In this document: piece after piece, positions 8,582-17,977 of the stretch | Numbering within the stretch: the first letter of the stretch is position 1 | Layout of the letters: every line of letters starts with the position of its first letter | Virus record (IMG/VR): IMGVR_UViG_3300027754_005987 | Coordinates: 45,205 to 109,204 of that record | Reading direction: 5' to 3' (one strand) | DNA: 64,000 bases | Source: a virus | Notes under the pieces: model-generated | The model's database searches: none | What the model saw: only the letters and a program-made list of their open reading frames with translations | Told to the model about the DNA's origin: nothing | Translations under genes and position numbers: made by a program

Positions 8582-10627
8582 ATGGCAGATAATAAAAATC
8601 TAACAATATTTCAGAAACTAGGGCAAGTATTAAATCCTAGTAACGTTAAACAATCACAAACAACATCAACTCAACGTTATAATATAGGTAATGGTGAATT
8701 ACTTAAAACAGATAACAAAGCTGATTTTGAGAGAGCTAAACTACAGGCTCAACAAAATAAATATTTGGGTCAAGTATGGAAAAAGGTAGAGAGTGGATTG
8801 TTTCAACAATCAATTAATTATGAAACAACTCGTATTGGTTCTTATTCCGATTTTGAAGCTATGGAGTTTTATCCAACAATAGCAGCAGCATTAGATATTA
8901 TGATGGAAGAGTCTACAACGCTTAATCAGCATGGTAGAATGCTTAATGTTTATTCTGATAGTAATAGAGTTAAAACTATATTAGAAGATTTATTTTTTAA
9001 CAGGTTAGATTTACACACTTCATTACCAATGTTTACTAGAAACACTTGCAAATATGGTGATAATTTTGTTTATCTAAATATTGATGATAAAAATGGAATA
9101 ATTAGTGCTAAGCAATTACCTAATTACGAAATGGAAAGAAGAGAAACTGGATTATTTGATATGGTATCTGGAAGAGAAACACCAAATACATTGGAGAAAA
9201 GTTCATCAACAGATAAAGTTAAGTTTTTTTGGAGAGGTCGTGATGTTGAATTTAATTCATGGCAAATTGCTCACTTCCGTTTATTAGGTGATGATAGACG
9301 TTTACCTTACGGTACATCTGTTTTAGAGAAGTCTAGACGTGTTTGGAAACAATTAATACTATCTGAGGATTCAATGCTTGTTTATCGTGTGACTAGAGCA
9401 CCAGAAAGACGTGTATATAAAATCTATGTCGGTAACATTGATGATGCTGATGTTGAACAATACGTAAATACAATTGCTGACAGATTTAAAAGGATGCCAA
9501 TAACTGACCCACAAACTGGTCAAATGGACCTTAGATATAATCAATTATCTAATGACCAAGATTATTTCATACCAGTTCGTTCTGAAAATGCGCCAACACC
9601 AATTGATACATTGCCTGGAGCAACTAACTTGGACCAAATTGCTGATATAGAATACTTACAAAAGAATTTATTCACATCACTTAGAGTACCAAAACCATTT
9701 TTAGGTTTTGAAGAGGCTGCTGGTGATGGTAAAAATTTAGCTTTACAAGATATTCGTTTTTCTAGAACGATTAATAGAATACAACAATCTATGTTACAAG
9801 AACTTAATAAGATTGCTATTATTCATTTATATATCTTAGGGTTTGAAGAGGATTTAGATAATTTTACACTTACATTAAATAACCCATCAACTCAAGCTGA
9901 AATGCTTAAGGTTGAACATACTCAACTTAAAGTTACTTTATATAAAGATGCTGTATCTGATGCTGGAAATGGTTTTGGTACTATGTCTATGACAAGAGCA
10001 CATAGAGAGATTCTAGGATGGTCTGATGATGAAATTAAGAAAGATTTACTAGAACAAAGAATGGAGAAAGCAGCAGCTGCTGAATTAGCTAATTCTAGTG
10101 CAGTAATAAAACATACTGGTATGTTTGATGTTGTAGATAAAATATATGGCGATTATCAGAAAGCGCTTGAAGGTGGTGGAGCTGGTGAAGAAGGTGCTGG
10201 TGGAGAATCCTCTAGTTCTGGAGGTGGCGGTGGCGGCCTAGGTGGCTCATTCGGTGGCGGTGGAGTAAGTGGTGAAGATTTAGATTTTGGTGGTGAGACA
10301 GGTGCTGAAGAAGAAGGTGGTGCAACAGCTGAAGCAGGTGCAGAAGCAGGTGCAGCTGAAGTAGGTGCTGAAGCAGGTAGTACTGAAGGGTTAGCAGAAT
10401 CTATAATGAAAACTGAAAAATTATTGATAGAAAGAAAAGACGCAATATCTAAAAAATTGGATGCTAGAACAAAAAAATACCAAGGAAGATTTGTTACTCT
10501 TGTTGAGTCAATAAAACCAGATGAAAAAATAAAAGAAGAAAAAGTTAAAATTTACGATAAAAACATAAAAGTAAATCAAAATATCAATACAATGATTGAT
10601 GATATTAATAAAATGTTAGATGAATAG
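8582..10627 (+). CDS. Portal protein (T4 gp20-like)
   Basis: EDSMLVYRVTRAPERRVYKIYVGN, DYFIPVR, IDTLPG and LRVPK motifs; position in the head module. Confidence 0.95.
   Translation: MADNKNLTIFQKLGQVLNPSNVKQSQTTSTQRYNIGNGELLKTDNKADFERAKLQAQQNKYLGQVWKKVESGLFQQSINYETTRIGSYSDFEAMEFYPTIAAALDIMMEESTTLNQHGRMLNVYSDSNRVKTILEDLFFNRLDLHTSLPMFTRNTCKYGDNFVYLNIDDKNGIISAKQLPNYEMERRETGLFDMVSGRETPNTLEKSSSTDKVKFFWRGRDVEFNSWQIAHFRLLGDDRRLPYGTSVLEKSRRVWKQLILSEDSMLVYRVTRAPERRVYKIYVGNIDDADVEQYVNTIADRFKRMPITDPQTGQMDLRYNQLSNDQDYFIPVRSENAPTPIDTLPGATNLDQIADIEYLQKNLFTSLRVPKPFLGFEEAAGDGKNLALQDIRFSRTINRIQQSMLQELNKIAIIHLYILGFEEDLDNFTLTLNNPSTQAEMLKVEHTQLKVTLYKDAVSDAGNGFGTMSMTRAHREILGWSDDEIKKDLLEQRMEKAAAAELANSSAVIKHTGMFDVVDKIYGDYQKALEGGGAGEEGAGGESSSSGGGGGGLGGSFGGGGVSGEDLDFGGETGAEEEGGATAEAGAEAGAAEVGAEAGSTEGLAESIMKTEKLLIERKDAISKKLDARTKKYQGRFVTLVESIKPDEKIKEEKVKIYDKNIKVNQNINTMIDDINKMLDE
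10170..10390 (+). repeat. GC-rich Gly/Glu/Ala low-complexity repeat in the portal C-terminus
   Basis: GGGAGEEGAGGESSSSGGGGGG...AEAGAEAGAAEVGAEAG; gaagcaggtgca-type direct repeats. Confidence 0.75.
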
Positions 10628-10648
10628 TCACTTTTTTAAATAAGTAAT

Positions 10649-10658
10649 GATATTTATA
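10649..10658 (+). promoter_or_regulatory. Putative late promoter motif GATATTTATA
   Basis: 14 nt upstream of ATG 10673. Confidence 0.6.
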
Positions 10659-10672
10659 AATTAAAATAAAGT

Positions 10673-11464
10673 ATGAAGAATTTTGGTAAACTAAAAAACG
10701 TATTTAATGATTTAATTTCTGAGGGTATAGCAACTAAAGACGCTAAATCTATTGAGTTATTTAAAAAATACGTTAAGACAGTAAAAGAAAGTGAAATATT
10801 AAAAACTCAATTTTTAGTAGTATCAAATATAGAAAATAAAATTGAGTCTAATAGAGAGAAAGCAACTCAATTTGTTAAAGAAAATATTGATTTATTTTCA
10901 AAATTTGATAAGAAAAAAATGATTGAGTTAAATGAAAATTTATCTAGTTTTATCACATCATCTAATAAAGGTGATTTATTAAAAGAAGATATTGATTATA
11001 ACCATAAAAATTTACATCAAAATATCTCTACACTTATATTCACAAAAAAAACACCAAACAATATAGATACGATTGTAGATGCAACTACTGAAGTTGTTGA
11101 TTATATTTTAAACAACAAAACTAAAGAGATTGTAGAAGCATATGAGTTACCATCTAGTTTATTGGCTAATATAATGGTTGATAAATATAATGAAAGATAT
11201 GCTGATTTGGATGAATCTGAAAAAAGAATACTTAAAGTTCTTATTGAATCAACAGATGAAGAAAAAAAAGAATTATATTCATTAACAATAAGAGAGTGTA
11301 TTGATTTGATAAATGAAAAACTATCTGATTCAGATTTAGAAGTAAAAGATAAACTTTTGCGAGTTAAAGATAAATTATTAAATGACAAGCAAAGTGTTAT
11401 TGAAGATTTTAATAAAAATATATCTAAATTAATTGAACTGAAAGATAATTTAAAAAATAGTTAA
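10673..11464 (+). CDS. Hypothetical head-module protein (helical)
   Basis: 263-aa ORF between portal and protease; LISE, LNE, LKE and IVE motifs. Confidence 0.6.
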   Translation: MKNFGKLKNVFNDLISEGIATKDAKSIELFKKYVKTVKESEILKTQFLVVSNIENKIESNREKATQFVKENIDLFSKFDKKKMIELNENLSSFITSSNKGDLLKEDIDYNHKNLHQNISTLIFTKKTPNNIDTIVDATTEVVDYILNNKTKEIVEAYELPSSLLANIMVDKYNERYADLDESEKRILKVLIESTDEEKKELYSLTIRECIDLINEKLSDSDLEVKDKLLRVKDKLLNDKQSVIEDFNKNISKLIELKDNLKNS

Positions 11465-11473
11465 TTTTTAAAA

Positions 11474-11716
11474 ATGTTTGTTATGAAACCTGTTGCTAGC
11501 GAAAATTTAATTAAATTAAGAAAGTTAAACGAGAAACTTTGTTTTGATTATGTTGAATCGGAAGATTATAAAGAAATAGTTAAAGAAATAAAAGAAGCTA
11601 TTGATTATGGTAAATCTGATATCGAAAATCTAGAAACATCTCAATCAAAAATTAAGTGTTATGAGGGCATGTGCTCAAAAATTACAACAATATTAAATAA
11701 ACTTAAACACATTTAA
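11474..11716 (+). CDS. Small hypothetical protein
   Basis: 80-aa ORF in the operon. Confidence 0.55.
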   Translation: MFVMKPVASENLIKLRKLNEKLCFDYVESEDYKEIVKEIKEAIDYGKSDIENLETSQSKIKCYEGMCSKITTILNKLKHI

Positions 11717-11718
11717 TC

Positions 11719-12054
11719 ATGGCTGATGACAGAAACACTTGGGGTGAATATAGTAATTTAGTTCTTAAAGAATTAGAACGTCTTAATGATAACTACGATA
11801 AAATGAGGACGGATATGGACATTAGGTTTAATGAATTAAACCAAAAACTAACAGAAGTTAAAAGTGTAGAAAGTAGGGTTTTTTCACATACTACATGGAT
11901 TGAAAGAGTTAATGATGTATGGTCTCCAAATCAAATGAAAGAAGCCAAGGATGAGTTATATAAACAAAAAAATCGTTGGGTTGCTGCGATAGCTATTGTA
12001 ACGTTTGTTCAAATACTTGTTGGTGTAATTATTTCTATGTGGGGTAAGCTATAA
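11719..12054 (+). CDS. Coiled-coil protein with a C-terminal transmembrane helix (holin/XhlA-like architecture)
   Basis: N-terminal heptads; C-terminal WVAAIAIVTFVQILVGVIISMWG. Confidence 0.45.
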   Translation: MADDRNTWGEYSNLVLKELERLNDNYDKMRTDMDIRFNELNQKLTEVKSVESRVFSHTTWIERVNDVWSPNQMKEAKDELYKQKNRWVAAIAIVTFVQILVGVIISMWGKL

Positions 12055-12061
12055 TAGCTAC

Positions 12062-12090
12062 TTGACATATTAAAATATTTTCATTATACT
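12062..12090 (+). promoter_or_regulatory. Sigma70-type promoter TTGACA-N17-TATACT
   Basis: Near-consensus -35/-10 boxes 16 nt upstream of ATG 12107. Confidence 0.55.
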
Positions 12091-12106
12091 TAAATAAAAA
12101 CCAGGT

Positions 12107-12553
12107 ATGATGAAAACAGGAAAAGAAATAAAAGTATCAACATTTAAAAATTTTAATGTTATTTACGGAAGTGTAAATAATAAACATTCAAAAGCAATTT
12201 ACATAAACATGTCAGCTTGGGTTGACCCTAATAGTGAAGAGCCATTAAATTACAATCGAGTAATTAGAGAATTAAATAAAAACGTTAAACAAAAACTATA
12301 TAATTTATTTAACGAAAATAATAATTCTGAATTTATAAAAGATAGAACAATTGTAGATTTAGACATTAGAGAATCTGGAATTAAATACGGTAAACGTAGT
12401 TTTATGAATTGTGAAATGACACTTTTCCTAAATTCAGAAAAACGAGTTAATTCAGAAATAATGATAAATAATTTAAATCAAATCGTTAATATGCTAATTA
12501 GCGATATTTTTGATAATAATAAAATATTTAAATTTCATAGAAAGAAAATTTAA
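12107..12553 (+). CDS. Hypothetical protein
   Basis: 148-aa ORF with its own promoter and terminator. Confidence 0.65.
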   Translation: MMKTGKEIKVSTFKNFNVIYGSVNNKHSKAIYINMSAWVDPNSEEPLNYNRVIRELNKNVKQKLYNLFNENNNSEFIKDRTIVDLDIRESGIKYGKRSFMNCEMTLFLNSEKRVNSEIMINNLNQIVNMLISDIFDNNKIFKFHRKKI

Positions 12554-12571
12554 AACTAGATTAAAAATAAG

Positions 12572-12603
12572 AAACCATAAACACTAGTGTTTATGGTTTT
12601 TTT
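12572..12603 (+). terminator. Intrinsic terminator
   Basis: Inverted repeat AAACCATAAACAC/GTGTTTATGGTTT followed by a T run. Confidence 0.75.
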
Positions 12604-12640
12604 ATTTTATACACATATTTATTATATAAACGCAAACTAT

Positions 12641-13363
12641 ATGCATAATTATAACGAATTAAAAGTATTGAAACGTCATGAAACAGGGACTGGTGTTTTA
12701 ATCGAACATGATGCTGGATTTATTAGTCCTGATGAACCTAGGAATCAACCTTTTATCAATGAGATAAAAAAATTAGATACAGGTAGCAAAATGACTATTG
12801 TTGAACCGCTTATTGTATACGTTGTATTACAGAAGTATGGTATCCTTAACCGTAATGGTAGGGTTTATCCAGAAAGCATATTAAAACAACAAGATAGGTT
12901 ATATCAACAAGCAATCAAAGAAAGAAGAGCCGTAGGTGAATTAGACCATCCAGAATCTAGTGTTATTGCTGGTGATAGAATATCACACAATATAGTTGAG
13001 ACATGGTGGGAAGGTCATACACTTATGGGCAAAATGGAGATACTAATGACACCTGGATATATTAATTATGGTATTGTATCAACAAAAGGAGATGAAGTCG
13101 CTAATCTATTAAGAAACAGAATTAAAATAGGTGTATCATCTAGAGGTGTTGGTTCGCTTAAAGAAGGTAAAAATGGTGAACAAATAGTACAAGACGATTT
13201 TGAGATAATATGTTGGGATGTTGTAACAGCACCTTCAACACCAGATGCATGGATTGGTAGGAGTTCTGAAGAAATTAGACCGTATGTAGAAAACGTACAA
13301 AAGAAAAAACCATTAATTGAAGGTGGGTTAAATGATAAATTAGATAAATTTTTATTAGATTAA
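12641..13363 (+). CDS. Prohead core protease (T4 gp21-like); start moved to ATG 12641
   Basis: NRNGRVYP, GELDHP, GVSSRGVGS and DVVTAPSTPDA motifs; the GTG start at 12587 lies inside the terminator; CATATTTATT motif at 12614. Confidence 0.93.
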   Translation: MHNYNELKVLKRHETGTGVLIEHDAGFISPDEPRNQPFINEIKKLDTGSKMTIVEPLIVYVVLQKYGILNRNGRVYPESILKQQDRLYQQAIKERRAVGELDHPESSVIAGDRISHNIVETWWEGHTLMGKMEILMTPGYINYGIVSTKGDEVANLLRNRIKIGVSSRGVGSLKEGKNGEQIVQDDFEIICWDVVTAPSTPDAWIGRSSEEIRPYVENVQKKKPLIEGGLNDKLDKFLLD

Positions 13364-13495
13364 TAAGAATTATAGATATTTTTTTACTTTAATTTGGTTT
13401 TTTGTTAAAATCACACATATTTATTAACAAATGAGGGGTTTACCCTATTGTTATTTATATATAATATATAAAATTTAAAAAAAATAAAAAAAGAA

Positions 13496-14725
13496 ATGGC
13501 TGAAAAAAAATCAATACTTGAAGAAGCGTTATTGGATATTAAAAACATTCAATCTGCTTTAAATGCCAACACAAAAGAAATACTTCGTAGCGTTGCTAAA
13601 GAAGAAATTGATAGTGTGGTGAAAGAATCGCTTATGAAAAATGAAGCTGATTATGAAGAAGAGGATTTGGAATCAACTGATGATGCTGTAGAATTAGGCG
13701 GTGACGCTGATATCAATACAATGGAATTAGGTGACGAAGAATCTGACGATGCAGAATTAGATGATATCGAAGGCTCCGAAGAAGTGGCTCCAGAAATGGA
13801 TTCAAAAATTGGAATGGACTCAGATGAGTTAGGTGGAGTGTATGATATGACTAAAGGAGCATCAGATGATGAAGTTTTCGCAATTTACAAAAAATTAAGC
13901 GGTGAAGACGAAATCGAAATTGTTGGTGATGAAATTCACTTAAACATTACCGAACCAGGAGAGTACATTGTTAAAAAAGGTGCTTTGGGTGATTCAATGG
14001 AAGCTGAAGAAGAACTTGATTTAGAAGATTCTGAAGAAGAATCTGAAGAAGAGGGAGAAGCTGAAGAAGAAATGAATTACGAAATTGAAATGGGTAATGA
14101 AGAAGAAGCTGAAGAAGAAGAAGCTGAAGAGGAAGAAGCTGAAGAAGAAGAATCTGAAGAAGAGGAAGAAGAGGAGTTAGAAGAGAATTTAGGCGCTACT
14201 AGAGGTCATGCTGGTAGACAAGGTGCTAAAAGGTCTGGTTCTGCTCATATTCCAAAACCTAAAAAAGCTTTGGAAGAATCACAAAAAGCTAGACAAATTG
14301 TTTCTGAAACAACCAAAAAATATAATACATTATTAACTGAAGCTAAAAAATTACAGACTGAGAATGAAGAATTCAGAAAAGCTCTTAAAACTTTTAGAAA
14401 TCAGTTAGTAGAAACAGTAGTATTCAATAGTAATCTTACTTATGTAACTAGATTATTCATGGAACATTCAACAACTAAAGCTGAAAAACAAAACATTATT
14501 AAACGTTTTGATGTTGAAGTATCAAATTTAGTTGAATCAAAAAAACTTTACAAAACTATTGCTAACGAATTGGAATCTAGAAAACCAATTGCTGAGTCTG
14601 TAAATAACAAAATAATTAAAGAAGCGGCTACTAGTACTTCAAAACAATTAAACGAAAGTACTGCGTATGTTGACCCATCTACTAAAAGAATCTTAGATTT
14701 AATTAACAGAGTAGAGAAAAAATAA
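13496..14725 (+). CDS. Prohead scaffolding protein (gp22-like)
   Basis: Highly acidic with a coiled-coil C-terminus; lies between protease and capsid; (GAA)n/EEEEA repeats at about 14020-14185. Confidence 0.8.
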   Translation: MAEKKSILEEALLDIKNIQSALNANTKEILRSVAKEEIDSVVKESLMKNEADYEEEDLESTDDAVELGGDADINTMELGDEESDDAELDDIEGSEEVAPEMDSKIGMDSDELGGVYDMTKGASDDEVFAIYKKLSGEDEIEIVGDEIHLNITEPGEYIVKKGALGDSMEAEEELDLEDSEEESEEEGEAEEEMNYEIEMGNEEEAEEEEAEEEEAEEEESEEEEEEELEENLGATRGHAGRQGAKRSGSAHIPKPKKALEESQKARQIVSETTKKYNTLLTEAKKLQTENEEFRKALKTFRNQLVETVVFNSNLTYVTRLFMEHSTTKAEKQNIIKRFDVEVSNLVESKKLYKTIANELESRKPIAESVNNKIIKEAATSTSKQLNESTAYVDPSTKRILDLINRVEKK

Positions 14726-14783
14726 CAATAACAATAACAAAAAAAAAAAAAAAAATAAAAAAAACAAAAAAAAAAAACAAATT
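14726..14783 (+). promoter_or_regulatory. Poly(A)-rich, SD-less leader of the major capsid gene
   Basis: caataacaataacaaaaaaaaaaaaaaaaataaaaaaaacaaaaaaaaaaaacaaatt-ATG, containing no G. Confidence 0.55.
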
Positions 14784-16622
14784 ATGTCACATTTATTAAC
14801 ATCTGGACAAGTTGGAAATATTGGTTTAAACCATATGAAAGCTATCCGTAAAGAAACACAATCTAAATGGGATTCTTTAGGCTTCTTAGAAGGTCTTAGA
14901 GGTCACGTAAAAGAAAACATCGCTCAATTATATGAAAACCAAGCGTCTACATTATTAAGCGAGTCTACAACAGCTACTAACTCTGGTTCTTTTGAAACAG
15001 TTGTTTTCCCTATCGTAAGACGTGTTTTCTCTAAATTATTAGCTAACGACATCGTGTCTGTACAAGCTATGAACATGCCAATTGGTAAATTATTCTTTTT
15101 CGTACCACAAACTTCTAGCCGTGTTGACGGTGCTGGTGTTGCTGGTAGTGATTATACCTCTACAGCATCTTCTGATGTTTATGGTACTACTTACTCTGCA
15201 CACACTTCATTTGCATCTAACGGAATTCCTTCATGTGTATTGCCAGCTGCTGGAACATGTGTTGTAACACCTTTCGAAGCTAAAAACTTGTACGATATTT
15301 TCTACAATGATGGTTTATTTGATAACTCTAAAGGTACTTTAACTATCCGTACTCACGCTAGCTTACCTAAATTAACTTTTAATTCTAATGGTGATTTTAG
15401 TAACCCTGTAGTTGGTACTGGTACTTTGCCTACTGCTACTGATGGTTCATTAAGAGAAATCATCGTTAACGTTTCTGGTTTTTCACCAAACAACACAAAC
15501 AAACAAGTAATGACAGGTGCTGATGGTAACCAAATGGATACTGAATCTTTCTTAGCTTCTTTACAAATTGTTACTACTGCTAACATTTTAGACAGAGACG
15601 CTAACGTAGTTGTTGCTTCAAACAAATCTGTACCTTTTAGAGTTGTTACTCAAAAATATGGTAGAGGAATTGTTGATTATAATTCTATAACTGATGCTAC
15701 AGGTACTATTTATTTAGCTTTAGACTTGACTCACCCAGTTGGAACAACTGCTACTGGTACTGCTGCTGCTGGTACTGCTACTTATGATGGTTATGTTGGT
15801 GCTTCTGCTACAACTGCATCTGCATTTACTTTTAACGCTGCATGGGCTGAATATGCTACATTAGAGCTTGAAACCGAAATGGGAGAAGTATCTTTCAAAT
15901 TAGACGAAGTTGTTGTTGCTGTTGAAGAAAGAAAATTAAGAGCTACTTGGTCTCCAGAGCTTGCTCAAGACGTTAGTGCTTTCCACAACATCGATGCTGA
16001 AGCTGAATTAACAGCTATGTTATCTGAACAAGTTGCTGCTGAGATTGACCGTGAAATCCTTAGAGATTTGCGTAAAGCTGCTGCATGGCAATTGAGATGG
16101 GATTACAATGGTTGGAGAAAAGCTTCTACCGCTGCAAGTCCATATACTCAAAAAGAATGGAATCAAACTTTGATTACTCGTGTTAATCAAGTATCTGCTC
16201 AAATACATAAATCTACTCTTAGAGGTGGTGCTAACTTTATCGTTGTATCTTCTGAAATCTCTGCTATTTTTGATGATTTAGAATATTTCCACGTAAGTGA
16301 TGCTAACCCAGAGCAAGACCAATACAACATGGGTATTGAAAGAATTGGAACTTTAAGTGGTCGTTACCAAGTGTATCGTGACCCTTATGCACCAGCTTAC
16401 TCAGTAGTTATTGGACATAAAGGAAAATCATTATTGGATACTGGTTATATCTACGCACCATACGTGCCGTTACAATTAACCCCAACAATGTACAATCCAT
16501 TTAACTTTGCTCCAGTTAAAGGTATCATGACACGTTACGCTAAAAAAGTTGTGAACAATAGGTTCTATGGCCATGTAAGAGTGGACGGTGTACCTACATT
16601 CAATGTTAACGAATTACGTTAA
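14784..16622 (+). CDS. Major capsid protein (T4 gp23-like)
   Basis: VSVQAMNMPIG, RKLRATWSPELAQD, DAEAELTAMLSEQVAAEIDREI, YAPYVPL and GIMTRY motifs. Confidence 0.97.
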   Translation: MSHLLTSGQVGNIGLNHMKAIRKETQSKWDSLGFLEGLRGHVKENIAQLYENQASTLLSESTTATNSGSFETVVFPIVRRVFSKLLANDIVSVQAMNMPIGKLFFFVPQTSSRVDGAGVAGSDYTSTASSDVYGTTYSAHTSFASNGIPSCVLPAAGTCVVTPFEAKNLYDIFYNDGLFDNSKGTLTIRTHASLPKLTFNSNGDFSNPVVGTGTLPTATDGSLREIIVNVSGFSPNNTNKQVMTGADGNQMDTESFLASLQIVTTANILDRDANVVVASNKSVPFRVVTQKYGRGIVDYNSITDATGTIYLALDLTHPVGTTATGTAAAGTATYDGYVGASATTASAFTFNAAWAEYATLELETEMGEVSFKLDEVVVAVEERKLRATWSPELAQDVSAFHNIDAEAELTAMLSEQVAAEIDREILRDLRKAAAWQLRWDYNGWRKASTAASPYTQKEWNQTLITRVNQVSAQIHKSTLRGGANFIVVSSEISAIFDDLEYFHVSDANPEQDQYNMGIERIGTLSGRYQVYRDPYAPAYSVVIGHKGKSLLDTGYIYAPYVPLQLTPTMYNPFNFAPVKGIMTRYAKKVVNNRFYGHVRVDGVPTFNVNELR

Positions 16623-16642
16623 TCGTAACTAAAATAAAACTT

Positions 16643-16672
16643 AAAAGGTGGATAATATTATCCACCTTTTTT
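16643..16672 (+). terminator. Intrinsic terminator after the capsid gene
   Basis: AAAAGGTGGATAA/TTATCCACCTTTT inverted repeat plus T tract. Confidence 0.85.
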
Positions 16673-16683
16673 GTTTTAAATAC

Positions 16684-16714
16684 TTGACTTTATTAACGAT
16701 TATTAGTATATTTG
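16684..16714 (+). promoter_or_regulatory. Bacteroidota-type promoter TTG-N20-TATATTTG (near-leaderless transcript)
   Basis: Matches the -33 TTG / -7 TAnnTTTG consensus; ATG lies 4 nt downstream. Confidence 0.65.
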
Positions 16715-16718
16715 TATT

Positions 16719-17408
16719 ATGAGTAGGAAAATAGAATTAACCCAAGAACAATTAGCTGAGTGTCTTAAAATGTATAATGAAGAATTACTTGGTTCAACTA
16801 CCATTAGTGAAAAGATGGGAATACATAAAACAATAATTATTAGAACACTTAAAGAAAATGGTGTTGAATTGGGACCGTCTGGACGAAGAAATATTGGTGG
16901 TAAATCAGTTGCACAAAAAAAATATGAATTAAAACCAGAAGTAAAAGCTAAACGAAGTGAATACCATAAAGATTGGTCAGCTGATAATCGTGAAACCTTA
17001 CGAAAGTATCATGGAACTTGGAGAGAAGATAATAAAGAACATGTAAATAAATATAAGCGTGATTATGAACGTAAAAGACGTGCTGAGGACCCAAAGTATA
17101 GATTAGGTGTTAGAACTCGCACAGCGGTATGGCAATTACTTAAAGAGCGTAACATCAACAAGACCAATAAAACATTTGAATTACTTGGATATACATTGGA
17201 AGAGCTAATGGTTCATTTAGAGAAACAATTCACCGAAGGTATGACATGGGATAATTATGGTGAATGGCATGTTGACCATAAGATACCGATGGCCAGTTTT
17301 AATTTCGAAACAACAGATGATAGAGAATTTAAACTATGTTGGTGTTTGGCTAATCTTCAGCCTCTGTGGGGACCAGATAATTTAATCAAGGGAACAAAAC
17401 TTTTATGA
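16719..17408 (+). CDS. Free-standing HNH-type homing endonuclease with an N-terminal HTH
   Basis: GMTWDNYGEWHVDHKIP...NLQPLWGPDNLIKG; own promoter directly after the capsid terminator. Confidence 0.75.
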   Translation: MSRKIELTQEQLAECLKMYNEELLGSTTISEKMGIHKTIIIRTLKENGVELGPSGRRNIGGKSVAQKKYELKPEVKAKRSEYHKDWSADNRETLRKYHGTWREDNKEHVNKYKRDYERKRRAEDPKYRLGVRTRTAVWQLLKERNINKTNKTFELLGYTLEELMVHLEKQFTEGMTWDNYGEWHVDHKIPMASFNFETTDDREFKLCWCLANLQPLWGPDNLIKGTKLL

Positions 17409-17428
17409 GTTCTGGGATATTTATTAGT

Positions 17429-17977
17429 ATGAAAGAGTTTATTAAAAAGTTATTAAGGGAAGGTTTAATTGATGATTTTGATTTTGAAGTTGAGAATCAT
17501 GGTAAAGTTATTCATAGTGAAATTAAAGTTAAAGATATTGAATTATCGTTATATAGGGGACTTAGAAATCAATTTGATAATACTAAAGCACATCCAGAGT
17601 TAGTTCCATATGGTAATGATTATATGTTAGTTGCTTCAAAATTTCCCGATAAATTGATATGGTTTACTAACGATATTGAATTTGCAAAAAAATATGATGG
17701 TTATGCGTTAATAATATATAAGTTACCAGTTAAAAAACATGAAAAAATAGTGACTTATGAAGATGGTTATACAACAACAGATTATATAGATAATAATGAT
17801 ATTATGATTTCTGGGTATGGTAATACACAGATAAAACAAGACCCTTATAATAATAATAGTTTTTATGCTGGTATTGAATTACCAGAGCATTGGTATTGGT
17901 CTTATAAAGTAGAAAAGCATATTGTTTGTGATAAGGATTTAATCATACCATGGAAAAACATTAAGTATAATGATTAA
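17429..17977 (+). CDS. Putative ADP-ribosyltransferase-fold protein with a capsid-targeting-like N-terminus (start moved to 17429)
   Basis: MKEFIKKLLRE leader; LYRGL and IWFTNDIEFAKKY motifs; GATATTTATT motif 3 nt before ATG. Confidence 0.45.
   Translation: MKEFIKKLLREGLIDDFDFEVENHGKVIHSEIKVKDIELSLYRGLRNQFDNTKAHPELVPYGNDYMLVASKFPDKLIWFTNDIEFAKKYDGYALIIYKLPVKKHEKIVTYEDGYTTTDYIDNNDIMISGYGNTQIKQDPYNNNSFYAGIELPEHWYWSYKVEKHIVCDKDLIIPWKNIKYND

Noticed and set aside
14020-14185. CRISPR-like or tandem repeat array
   Set aside because: These are (GAA)n codon repeats of an acidic scaffold tract, with no spacers
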